From an uncultured Chloroflexia bacterium (GTDB taxonomy: Bacteria > Chloroflexota > Limnocylindria > Limnocylindrales > CSP1-4), in NCBI GenBank assembly GCA_963776545.1, contig CAVZND010000013.1:140496-204495 (forward strand): 64,000 nt of DNA, written 5' to 3'. Positions 46,600 to 54,392 of this stretch are shown here, one piece after another. Under the pieces are notes generated by a model. It was not told the origin of the DNA and did not search any database. It saw only the letters and a program-made list of their open reading frames with translations. Numbering within the stretch: position 1 is the stretch's first letter; each line of letters begins with the position of its first letter. The position numbers and the translations under genes are program-made.

Positions 46600-48246
46600 T
46601 CAGGCGGTCGAGCGCGCGACGGCCGGCAGGGCCGCCTCGTCGTCCGGGATGACGCGCAGGGTGAACCCGAACTCCGAGCCGCCTTCGGGACGTCGCTTCG
46701 CCCAGATCATGCCGCCCATCGCTTCGACCAGGCTCGCACAGACGAAGAGGCCGATCCCGGACCCCGCGATCGAACGGGCGAGCGTCGGGTCCCGGTAGAA
46801 GAGCTCGAAGGCGCGCTTGATCGAGGCTTCATCGATGCCGGGCCCCGAATCGATGACCCGCACCGCCACGGTCTCGCCGTCCTGGTCCGCCCGGACGATC
46901 ACGCGCGTACCGTGCGGCGTGTACTTCGCGGCGTTGCTGAGCATGTTCCGCACGATCTGCTCGACGTACGTCTCCTCGCCGGCCACGATCGGCAGGTCGC
47001 GCCGCAGGTCAGCCTCGATGACGATGCTCGGCAGCCGCGACGCCTCGTTGGCGATGACCCGGCCGAGCAGGCGCCGCAGCTCCAGTGGCTCGGACTCGAC
47101 CGCGATCCCACCGCGCTCGGCGCGGGTGAGGACGAGGAGATCCTCGACGAGCCGGTGCAGGCGTTCGGCCTCGGCGGAGATGTCGGCGATCAGCTCGGCC
47201 TGGTCCTCGGGCGTCGTCAGTCGACCCGGCCGGCCCAGGATCCGGGTCAGGCCGAAGATCGTCGTGATGGGCGTCCGCAGCTCGTGCGAGATGACGTCGA
47301 CGAACGCTTCGCGGAAGGTCCCGGCGCGGCGCTCGTCCTCGAGGAGTCGGTCGCGCTCCTCCTGGAGCCGCCGCTGTTCGGTGATGTCCTGGCCCGTCCC
47401 GACCATGCGGATCGGTTCGCCGCCGGCCCCGAGGAAGACCCGTCCGACGCCATGGGTCCAGTGGACGGACCCGTCGGGCCAGAGGAGGCGGAACTGGTGG
47501 CTGAAGGGGGTCCCGCGCGACAGCGCCTCGTTGATCGACACCTGGAACGCCGCCCGGTCATCGGGATGGACCGACTGGAGATACCGCTCGAACGTCGGCG
47601 CGCCATCGGCCGGATCCAGGCCATGCTGGCGGAAGATGGCATCCGACCATACGAGCTCGCCGGTCCGGATGTCCCACTCCCAGAACCCGGTGCCCGAGGC
47701 GGCGAGCACGAGCTCGAGCCGCTCGTCGCGTCGCTGGATGTCGTTGGCCATCGAGGCCACGGCGGCGACGGACTCGACCATGCGGTCGCGCGATGTCCCG
47801 ACTGACGAGATGAGCAGCGCCACGCCCGACGCCGCGAGCGCATACAGGCCAGCCCTGGCGAGATCGATCGGCACGAGCACGAACGTCCCGCCGACCGGCC
47901 CGACGAAGACGATCAGGTTCCCGGCGGTCGCGACGACCATCGTTGCGAGACCGCCGGCCAGGCCGGCGACCCATGCCGCGATCGCGACCGCGGCGATCAG
48001 GACCACGAAGCCGGTCTCGCCGCCGACCAGCGCATCGAGGACGACCTTGGTGAGCAACGCGGCGATGCCGATGCCGCACCCGACGACGATCCGCCCGCCA
48101 CGACCCATCCGCAGGCGACCCCAGCCGGAGACCTCGAGCCGCGCCCGTCCGAGGGCGGCCCTGAGGCTCCTGGTGGTGCGGCCTCCGGCGGCGGGTTGGG
48201 TCAAGTTCGACGTCTCCTTCGTGCGCTGTGCCTCTACGGATACCAC
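46600..48246 (-). CDS. membrane sensor histidine kinase (DUF4118-like TM region, PAS, HisKA, HATPase)
   Basis: TM bundle, a PAS region (WEWDIRTGELVWSD), H-box ISHELRTPIT and G-boxes. The start is uncertain (GTG 48246 or ATG 48108). Confidence 0.85.
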   Translation of the reverse strand: MVSVEAQRTKETSNLTQPAAGGRTTRSLRAALGRARLEVSGWGRLRMGRGGRIVVGCGIGIAALLTKVVLDALVGGETGFVVLIAAVAIAAWVAGLAGGLATMVVATAGNLIVFVGPVGGTFVLVPIDLARAGLYALAASGVALLISSVGTSRDRMVESVAAVASMANDIQRRDERLELVLAASGTGFWEWDIRTGELVWSDAIFRQHGLDPADGAPTFERYLQSVHPDDRAAFQVSINEALSRGTPFSHQFRLLWPDGSVHWTHGVGRVFLGAGGEPIRMVGTGQDITEQRRLQEERDRLLEDERRAGTFREAFVDVISHELRTPITTIFGLTRILGRPGRLTTPEDQAELIADISAEAERLHRLVEDLLVLTRAERGGIAVESEPLELRRLLGRVIANEASRLPSIVIEADLRRDLPIVAGEETYVEQIVRNMLSNAAKYTPHGTRVIVRADQDGETVAVRVIDSGPGIDEASIKRAFELFYRDPTLARSIAGSGIGLFVCASLVEAMGGMIWAKRRPEGGSEFGFTLRVIPDDEAALPAVARSTA

Positions 48247-48320
48247 ACGCGCCCGATCGTGTCAGGCGCGCCCGAGGCCCGGCAAGGGCGGATGCGATGC
48301 GCCTGCAACGCGCGTTGATT

Positions 48321-48362
48321 GCCGTTGACGCCGTTTCGGCCGTTTCAGGCGTACCGTTCGCA
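48321..48362 (+). repeat. tandem 9-10-nt GCCGTT(T/G)NN units (GCCGTTGAC GCCGTTTCG GCCGTTTCAG GCGTACCGTTCG) upstream of the GT4 gene
   Basis: Read directly from the sequence, in the divergent kinase/GT4 spacer. Confidence 0.6.
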
Positions 48363-48414
48363 GAAGGGGGGCCGCGGTGGAACGCGCGCCGAAACTTCGA
48401 ACAGGATCCTCACG

Positions 48415-49536
48415 ATGACCCGCTCGCTTCGCATCGCCCACGTCGCTCCGCCGCTCGAGCGTGTCCCGCCCCTGGCCTACGGCGGGACCGAGCGGATCGT
48501 CTACGAGCTCGTCACCGAGCTCGATCGGCGGGGCCATGACATCACGACCTTCGCGAGCGGGGATTCCGAGGTCCCCGGCCGCCTGATCCCGACGGTCCGG
48601 GCAGCGCTTCGGCCCGAGGGCTATGTAGGCGACCAGATGCCATACTTCCTCGCGACGTTGCGGGCCGTGCTGGATCGCGCATCGGACTTCGACCTGATCC
48701 ACAGCCACCTCGAGTGGGCCAGCCTGCTCCTGGCCCGCCTGTCGCCGGTGCCCGTCGTCTCGACGTTCCACGGCCGCCTCGATCTCCCGTGGGCCGAGGA
48801 GGCGTTCGCCGATCCGCCGGCGGGCCTGGTCGCCGTCAGCGCGAACCAGGCCTCGACCCACCCCGACGTCCCCTGGACCGTGATCCACAACGGCCTGACC
48901 CTGACCGACGCCCCGTTCGAGCGGCGACGCGGCGACGCGATGTGCTTCGTCGGCCGCGTCGCGCCGGAGAAGGGCATCGTGGAGGCTCTCGAGATCGCGA
49001 AGATCGTCGGACGGCCACTCCGGATCGCCGCCAAGGTCGCGCCCATCGGGCCCGAGCGAGCCTATTTCGATGCGGTCTTCGAGCCCGCCCTCAAGGCCGC
49101 CGGCGGCGACGTCGAGTTCCTCGGGGAGCTGACCCAACGCGACCGCGACGAGCTGTTCGCCGAGAGCTTCGTCTCGCTGATGCCGGGCGCCTGGCCCGAG
49201 CCGTTCGGGCTGGTCGTCATCGAATCCCTGGCGTGTGGCACGCCGGTCATCGCCCGCCGCGTCGGCGCCCTGCCCGAGATCATCCGCGACGGCGTCGATG
49301 GTTTCTTCGGCGACGACGTCACGCAGCTCGCCTACAAGGTCGAGGGCGCCGCCGACCTGGATCGAGCCGAGATCCGCACGTCCGTCCTCGAGCGCTTCTC
49401 GGCCCAGCGAATGACCGACGGCTACGAGGCGCTCTACCGGCAGATGCTGGGGATCGAGGACGCCGGCGCGACCGAGGCCCGTGCCGGCGACCGTGAGCCG
49501 ACGCGGCTGGCTGCACGGGCCGCCTCGGCCCGCTAG
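48415..49536 (+). CDS. glycosyltransferase family 4
   Basis: ATG 48415. LRIAHVAPPLERVPPLAYGGTERIV N-terminus and a C-terminal EPFGLVVIESLACGTPV (E-x7-E) motif. Confidence 0.85.
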   Translation: MTRSLRIAHVAPPLERVPPLAYGGTERIVYELVTELDRRGHDITTFASGDSEVPGRLIPTVRAALRPEGYVGDQMPYFLATLRAVLDRASDFDLIHSHLEWASLLLARLSPVPVVSTFHGRLDLPWAEEAFADPPAGLVAVSANQASTHPDVPWTVIHNGLTLTDAPFERRRGDAMCFVGRVAPEKGIVEALEIAKIVGRPLRIAAKVAPIGPERAYFDAVFEPALKAAGGDVEFLGELTQRDRDELFAESFVSLMPGAWPEPFGLVVIESLACGTPVIARRVGALPEIIRDGVDGFFGDDVTQLAYKVEGAADLDRAEIRTSVLERFSAQRMTDGYEALYRQMLGIEDAGATEARAGDREPTRLAARAASAR

Positions 49537-49594
49537 GACCGCCGAACGGCGCTCATCCTGGGGGCTGACGCCGACCAGAGACCTCGAGGCGCAT

Positions 49595-49612
49595 CGTTTC
49601 AGGCCGTTTGCA
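49595..49612 (+). repeat. second copy of the CGTTTCAGGCCGTTTGCA unit pair, just downstream of the GT4 gene
   Basis: It shares the exact 10-mer CGTTTCAGGC with 48341..48350. It aligns to 48332..48347 with all 16 upstream bases matched and two single-nt gaps over 18 columns. Confidence 0.6.
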
Positions 49613-49964
49613 CCCCGCGTCGAGACGTCGTCGTGGCCTGCATCCGTTCCGCCAGCGTCGTCGCGATCAGCCCGGTCGGCAGCAGCGCCGCGACGACCAG
49701 GAGCCGGGGCGCGCCGCCGACGAACAGGCCGAGCGCGAATCCGATCGACATGGCTCCGGCCAGCCGGAGGGTGTCGTCGGAGCCGGTCTGGATCAGTCGC
49801 CCGGCATCGCCGAGAGCCTTGCCGGTACCGGCCGCTGCCTCGGGCAGTCGGGCGCCGACCTCGCCGGCCACGCCGGCGACCGAGTCGGCGACGTCGCGCG
49901 CGGTTCGGAGCACGCCGTTCTCATCGTCGATGGATCCGGGTTTCGTGGGGGTTGTGGTCGCCAT
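49599..49964 (-). CDS. small hypothetical membrane-anchored protein (soluble N-terminus, two C-terminal TM helices)
   Basis: ATG 49964 is preceded by AAGGAG. 121 aa. The rest of the tracked 187-aa ORF is Arg-rich and looks non-coding. Confidence 0.5.
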   Translation of the reverse strand: MATTTPTKPGSIDDENGVLRTARDVADSVAGVAGEVGARLPEAAAGTGKALGDAGRLIQTGSDDTLRLAGAMSIGFALGLFVGGAPRLLVVAALLPTGLIATTLAERMQATTTSRRGVQTA

Positions 49965-49998
49965 GGCTGGACTCCTTGCGCTGTTGCGGCGGAAAGCA

Positions 49999-50033
49999 AC
50001 GGACGGCTCGAGGAGGGGGCTCGAGCCGTCCGT
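49999..50033 (-). other. perfect 14-bp-stem hairpin (ACGGACGGCTCGAG / CTCGAGCCGTCCGT, 7-nt loop) in the leader of the small membrane protein gene
   Basis: On the minus strand the loop is CCCCCTC and the stem is followed by TGCTTTCC, then AAGGAG and the ATG at 49964. Confidence 0.6.
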
Positions 50034-50145
50034 GCCACGAAGGATGGACGCCCCGTCACAAGCGCCACCCCGACGGGAAGTTCGCGATCGGTCCCCACGA
50101 TATGGAGCACGACCATTCGTTCGAGCATCAGGCTCTCGGCGCGCA

Positions 50146-50165
50146 TTGCATCGGCATGACAACGG
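50146..50165 (+). promoter_or_regulatory. 20-nt motif TTGCATCGGCATGACAACGG (copy B)
   Basis: 18/20 identical to 43811..43830. Confidence 0.4.
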
Positions 50166-50173
50166 CCCGGAGA

Positions 50174-50227
50174 CACTGCTGGGGGAGAACGTCGGCCCCC
50201 GGAACCCCCAGTGGCACGGGGGCCGAC
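50174..50227. other. 10-bp-stem hairpin GTCGGCCCCC / GGGGGCCGAC whose loop CCCCCAGTG can pair with upstream CACTG(CT)GGGGG (pseudoknot-capable)
   Basis: The complementary segments are at 50191..50200 / 50218..50227 and 50174..50185 / 50205..50213. Confidence 0.45.
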
Positions 50228-50331
50228 CGTGTTCACCTTGGGGGCACGGCAGTCACGGATGCGGTGGCTGGCACGCCGTGGGTCTTGCAGGGGCGTGACG
50301 GTCCGGGCTCGCCATCGGGGCCGGAAACAAG

Positions 50332-50361
50332 AAACACCCGCCCATCCGAGGGCGGGTGTTT
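50332..50361 (-). terminator. intrinsic terminator after the GlsB-like gene: AAACACCCGCCC-ATCCGA-GGGCGGGTGTTT
   Basis: Perfect 12-bp stem 17 nt after the stop. On the minus strand it is followed by CTTGTTTCC. A-tract and T-tract on either side make it potentially bidirectional. Confidence 0.75.
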
Positions 50362-50377
50362 CGCGGGTGGCGGTCGA

Positions 50378-50659
50378 TCAGATCGAGCCGCGGCCCGTGC
50401 GGCTGCGGCCCGTGACCATCCCGACGACGAGGACCACGAGGACCGCACCGATGACCGACACGACGATCGAGCTGATGTCGAAGGGGCCGTCGATCGGCTT
50501 CGAGTTGAACAGGGCACTGGCGAGGAACCCGCCGACCACGGCCCCGACGATGCCGAGCACGATGTGCCCGATGATCCCGAGGCCTTCGTCGCCCTTGACG
50601 ATGAAACCGGCCAGGTAGCCGGCGATCGCGCCAAGCACGATCCACGCGATGATGCTCAC
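50378..50659 (-). CDS. GlsB/YeaQ/YmgE family stress-response membrane protein
   Basis: 93-aa protein with the pattern IIAWIVLGAIAGYLAGFIV...GIIGHIVLGIVGAVVGGFL. GGAGGT SD and GTG start, followed by an intrinsic terminator. Confidence 0.8.
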   Translation of the reverse strand: MSIIAWIVLGAIAGYLAGFIVKGDEGLGIIGHIVLGIVGAVVGGFLASALFNSKPIDGPFDISSIVVSVIGAVLVVLVVGMVTGRSRTGRGSI

Positions 50660-50879
50660 TTGATACCTCCATCTCGGATACGGGCTTCGCCCCCGCCCGC
50701 TGGGCGTTCATGTCCCGGAGCCCGGGCCTTGTTGCCATGTTCTGGAGTCGGTCGCTCTCGGCCGACTACGGCGAGGCCTCGAGACGTATCAACCACCTCG
50801 CACCCAGTTCGTAGCCGGGCGGCAGGACGCCGGGCCGACACGAGAGCCGGCCCGGCGTCAGTTCGAAACCCTCGAGCCG

Positions 50880-51026
50880 CTACGGCGCGGGCGACGTGGT
50901 CTCGGCCGGGAGCGATGGGGTCTCGACCACGGGCGTGGTCGCGCCTGGGCTGGCGCTGGATCCCGACGGCGAGCACGCGACGAACGCGGCGGTGGCCAGG
51001 ACCAGCATGATGAGCAAACGCTTCAT
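50880..51026 (-). CDS. 48-aa putative lipoprotein (not in the ORF track because it is under 60 aa)
   Basis: Hand translation gives MKRLLIMLVLATAAFVACSPSGSSASPGATTPVVETPSLPAETTSPAP*. GGAGGTG lies 6 nt upstream of the ATG. It has a signal peptide with an FVAC lipobox and G/C-dominated third positions. Confidence 0.55.
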   Translation of the reverse strand: MKRLLIMLVLATAAFVACSPSGSSASPGATTPVVETPSLPAETTSPAP

Positions 51027-51191
51027 GCGTCACCTCCTATTGGGGCCGCATCGGACGACGGCCGATGCGAGGTCGCCCTGGGGAGCGACTCCCGCCCACG
51101 CTAGCCAACGGAACGCGGCAGCCACGTTGCCGGCCGCACGAGCGGTCTTGCACCTGTCAGACAGAACCCGACTGGAGCGCCTGGAGACCAC

Positions 51192-52811
51192 TCAGTCGCG
51201 CAGCACCTGCAGCGCGAACCCGAACTCGGCCCCGCCCTCGGACCTGGGCCGCGCCCAGATGCGGCCCCCCATCGCCGCGATGAGGCGGGCGCACACGAAC
51301 AGGCCGATGCCGGCACCGCTCGCGGTCCCGGCCGTGCCGGGCGAGCGGTAGAAGCGCTCGAACAGCCGATCGGTCTCCTCGACCGGAAAGCCCGGGCCGT
51401 CATCGAGGATCCGGACGATGACCTCGTCGGCTGCGGTCGATGCAAGGACTTCGACCGTCGCGCCGACGCCCCCGTACTTCGCCGCGTTGGACAGCAGGTT
51501 GCGGAAGACCTGCTCCACGTACGTCGGATCCGCCACCACGGTCGGCAGGTGCGGCTCGATCTCGGCCCGGAACGCCACGCCCGGCCAACGGCCCTGCTCG
51601 GAGCCGACGACCGCGGGCAGGATGCGCTGGAGCAGGACCGGTTCGGCCCCGATGTCCCCCGCGCTCTCGCCGAAGCGGTTCAGGGCCACGACGTCCTCGA
51701 CCAGGCGATGGAGGCGCTCGGTCTCCTCGGTGATGTCGGCGAACACGCTCCGGCGGGTCTCGTCGTCGAGCGTCGACCCTTCGCGGGCCAGGAGCTTCGC
51801 GCCGCCGTAGATCGTCGTGACCGGCGTCCGCAGCTCGTGCGACAGCACGCCCACGAACGTCTCGCGGATCGCCTCGCGTCGCCGAGCCTCGGTCACGTCC
51901 CGCATGACCAGGATCGTCCCGTCGTCGTCCGGCTGCACGCCGGAGCCCATGACCGGGTACGTCGAGAGCTCGATCCATCGATCCGGCTCCGCCTTGAGTG
52001 CCAGCTCGACCGGGCCGCCTCGAGTGCCGAGGCTCGGCGGGCTCGCGGGCCCATCGGCGAACCGCTCAAGGATCTCGGGGTAGGTGCGCTCCTCGAGGTC
52101 CGGGAAGAGCTGCTGTCCGGCCGGATTGACGAGCGTGACGCGACCATCGGCGGTGCACAGGACCACCGCCTCGCCCATGGCCCGGATCACGGCATTGAGC
52201 TCGGCCGCGCGGGCGTGCTCGGCCTCGGCAAGGCGTTGCAGGCGCGCCTGCGACTCGATCCGTTCTCGGATGTCGCGCGCGACCGCGACGACACCGGTCG
52301 CGCCGCCCTCGAGCTCGACCACCTGGAGCAGCGCCTCCATCGGGACCGTGCTGCCGTCCCGTCGCCGGTAGGCGAGGACCACGGTCCTCGCCTCGACCGT
52401 GCCGTGCACCATCGGCGCGACGAGGACGGCCAGCCGCTTGCCATCGATCCCGACCATCCAGTCGGTGGCCGGGCGGCCGATCGTCTCGGCCATCGTCGTG
52501 CCGAAGAGGGTCAACGCGCCGCGGTTGGCGTCGGTCACGAGCAGGCTGTCCGGGTCGAAGACGACGATGGCCTCGTGGACGGCGTCGACGATCCGGCGGG
52601 ACCGGTCGACGGGCTTCGCGGGTCGTGCACCGAGCGACCTGAGGGGACCGGCGTGGGGTTCAGGGATCGGCGGAGATTCCACGTTGCCTCGGGGAGCGAC
52701 TCGGTCGGGCTGGGTCGGCGGGTCAGCGCCGAGCCGCGGGCGCACGCCCGCACGCTGCCGACTCTGGCACCAGGCCCGTAACTCGCGCCCGATGCGGCCC
52801 GGCTCCGGCAT
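51192..52811 (-). CDS. cytoplasmic PAS-PAS sensor histidine kinase
   Basis: ATG 52811 with GAGAGGA SD. Two PAS-like regions, H-box LSHELRTPVT and HATPase boxes. The tracked 776-aa ORF overlaps the divergent cupin gene and is over-extended. Confidence 0.85.
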   Translation of the reverse strand: MPEPGRIGRELRAWCQSRQRAGVRPRLGADPPTQPDRVAPRGNVESPPIPEPHAGPLRSLGARPAKPVDRSRRIVDAVHEAIVVFDPDSLLVTDANRGALTLFGTTMAETIGRPATDWMVGIDGKRLAVLVAPMVHGTVEARTVVLAYRRRDGSTVPMEALLQVVELEGGATGVVAVARDIRERIESQARLQRLAEAEHARAAELNAVIRAMGEAVVLCTADGRVTLVNPAGQQLFPDLEERTYPEILERFADGPASPPSLGTRGGPVELALKAEPDRWIELSTYPVMGSGVQPDDDGTILVMRDVTEARRREAIRETFVGVLSHELRTPVTTIYGGAKLLAREGSTLDDETRRSVFADITEETERLHRLVEDVVALNRFGESAGDIGAEPVLLQRILPAVVGSEQGRWPGVAFRAEIEPHLPTVVADPTYVEQVFRNLLSNAAKYGGVGATVEVLASTAADEVIVRILDDGPGFPVEETDRLFERFYRSPGTAGTASGAGIGLFVCARLIAAMGGRIWARPRSEGGAEFGFALQVLRD

Positions 52812-52920
52812 TGCAGTCCTCTCGCAGCGGACGGGCCTGGACCGCTGCGCCGGTATACTTCGGCCCCAGGCCGACCGGCCGCCCCGGGGAGTGGGCGACT
52901 CGAGAGGGAGATCGGGCCCG

Positions 52921-53709
52921 ATGCACCTTGCCCCTGCCGACCTGCAGTCGGTGCACCAGGATGGGCTGTCGATCCGGTTCGGCATCCTCGGTCCGGTGGC
53001 ATATGCACTCGCCGAGGTCCCGGCAACCGGTTCGGCCGGCACCGCGCTCGAGCGCCCGTGTGCCCGCCCGCACTGGGGCTTCGTGCTGGCCGGCGACGTG
53101 ACCCTGCACCAGGCGGGACGCTCGACCGCGATCCCCGCCGGGCACGCGTTCCATATCCCGGCGGGAGGCGATGAGCATCGACTCGAGGCATCGGGCGGGG
53201 CATTGATCTCGGGGTTTGAGTCCGTCGATCCAGGTCTTGACACGAGCGACGCCGCGCTCCGGGCGTACGGATTCGAGATGATCCGGAACGAGGTGCCGCC
53301 GACCCGGACCGTGCCGACGACCGCTGCCGGACCGGTCGCGCCGGGCCGCGTCGAGGCGCACAACCAACGGATGTCAGAGCTGGTGCTGACCCGGGCGCGC
53401 CTCGGCGCCACCAGCGGGTACACCTCCGACTGGTGCGACCTCGAGCACTGGGGCATGGTCACGGCCGGGCGCATCGCGATGGAGTGGGAGGGTGACGTCG
53501 AGGTCCTTGGGACCGGCGACATCTTCTACTGCCCGCCCGGCCCGCCGGGGCATCGGATCAACGCGGCCGATCCCGCCACGATCGTGGACCTGACACCGGT
53601 CGCCCGGATCGGGGAGCGGACCCGCCTGTCGGACTGGCGTCGCCCGATGCTCGAGCTCGCCCGACCGGCGGGCGCCCCAGGCCCCGTGGCCGTGGCCGCC
53701 CTGCTTTGA
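52921..53709 (+). CDS. bicupin-like hypothetical protein
   Basis: ATG 52921. Two beta-barrel-like halves (GDVTLHQAGRSTAIPAGHAFHIPAG and GRIAMEWEGDVEVLGTGDIFYCPPG). Confidence 0.6.
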   Translation: MHLAPADLQSVHQDGLSIRFGILGPVAYALAEVPATGSAGTALERPCARPHWGFVLAGDVTLHQAGRSTAIPAGHAFHIPAGGDEHRLEASGGALISGFESVDPGLDTSDAALRAYGFEMIRNEVPPTRTVPTTAAGPVAPGRVEAHNQRMSELVLTRARLGATSGYTSDWCDLEHWGMVTAGRIAMEWEGDVEVLGTGDIFYCPPGPPGHRINAADPATIVDLTPVARIGERTRLSDWRRPMLELARPAGAPGPVAVAALL

Positions 53710-53728
53710 TTCGACGCAGGAGCAACGC

Positions 53729-54367
53729 ATGAGCGCAGACGGCGGGACCGGCATGATCGTCGTGAGCGGGACCGGCCGGGTGACCGTCGAGCCGGATGTC
53801 GCGGACCTGCGCCTGGGCGTGACCGTCTCCCGCGATTCGATCGCCGAGGCCCGGTCCGAGGCCGCTCGCACCATGACCGCGATCCTCGACGCCGTGGCCG
53901 CGGCCGGCGTCGCCCCGCGTGACATCCGGACGGCGCTGCTCTCCGTCCAGCCGCGGTACGACTATCGCGACGGGAAGCCCCCGACCCTCGTCGGGTACGA
54001 GCTGGCCAACATCGTCGAGGTGACCGTGCGCGACCTCCGGACCGTGGCGGACGTCATCGACGGCTCGTTGCGAGCCGGGGCGACGAGCATGGACGGGCTG
54101 ACGTTCCGCGTGGACGACGCGACCGAGCCCGAGCGCGCCGCCCGGACGGCCGCGGTGGCCGCGGCCCGGACCCGCGCCGAGGTCCTGGCCGACGCGGCCG
54201 GCGTGTCGATCGCGGGTGTCGTGGACATCGTCGAGGGCGGTCCGCCGCCGGCGTTTCCCCGGGCGAAGGCCGAGCGGATGATGCTCGCCGCCGATGCGGC
54301 GACGCCGCTCTCGGCCGGCACCACGGACATCTCGGTCACCGTGACGGTCACGTACCGGATCGCCTGA
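53729..54367 (+). CDS. SIMPL (DUF541) domain protein
   Basis: Typical pattern GTGRVTVEPDVADLRLGVTV ... SVQPRYDY ... ISVTVTVTYRI. Confidence 0.8.
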   Translation: MSADGGTGMIVVSGTGRVTVEPDVADLRLGVTVSRDSIAEARSEAARTMTAILDAVAAAGVAPRDIRTALLSVQPRYDYRDGKPPTLVGYELANIVEVTVRDLRTVADVIDGSLRAGATSMDGLTFRVDDATEPERAARTAAVAAARTRAEVLADAAGVSIAGVVDIVEGGPPPAFPRAKAERMMLAADAATPLSAGTTDISVTVTVTYRIA

Positions 54368-54392
54368 ACGCCGCGTCCCTGCGGATCAGTCC

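Noticed and set aside
49999-50033. Actinobacterial 6C sRNA, suggested by the C-rich hairpin loop on the minus strand.
   Set aside because: 6C RNA has two hairpins that both present C-rich loops on the same strand. Here the second strong hairpin (50191..50227) has its C-rich loop on the opposite strand, and the first hairpin abuts an SD and start codon. I cannot support a 6C call without a covariance-model scan.
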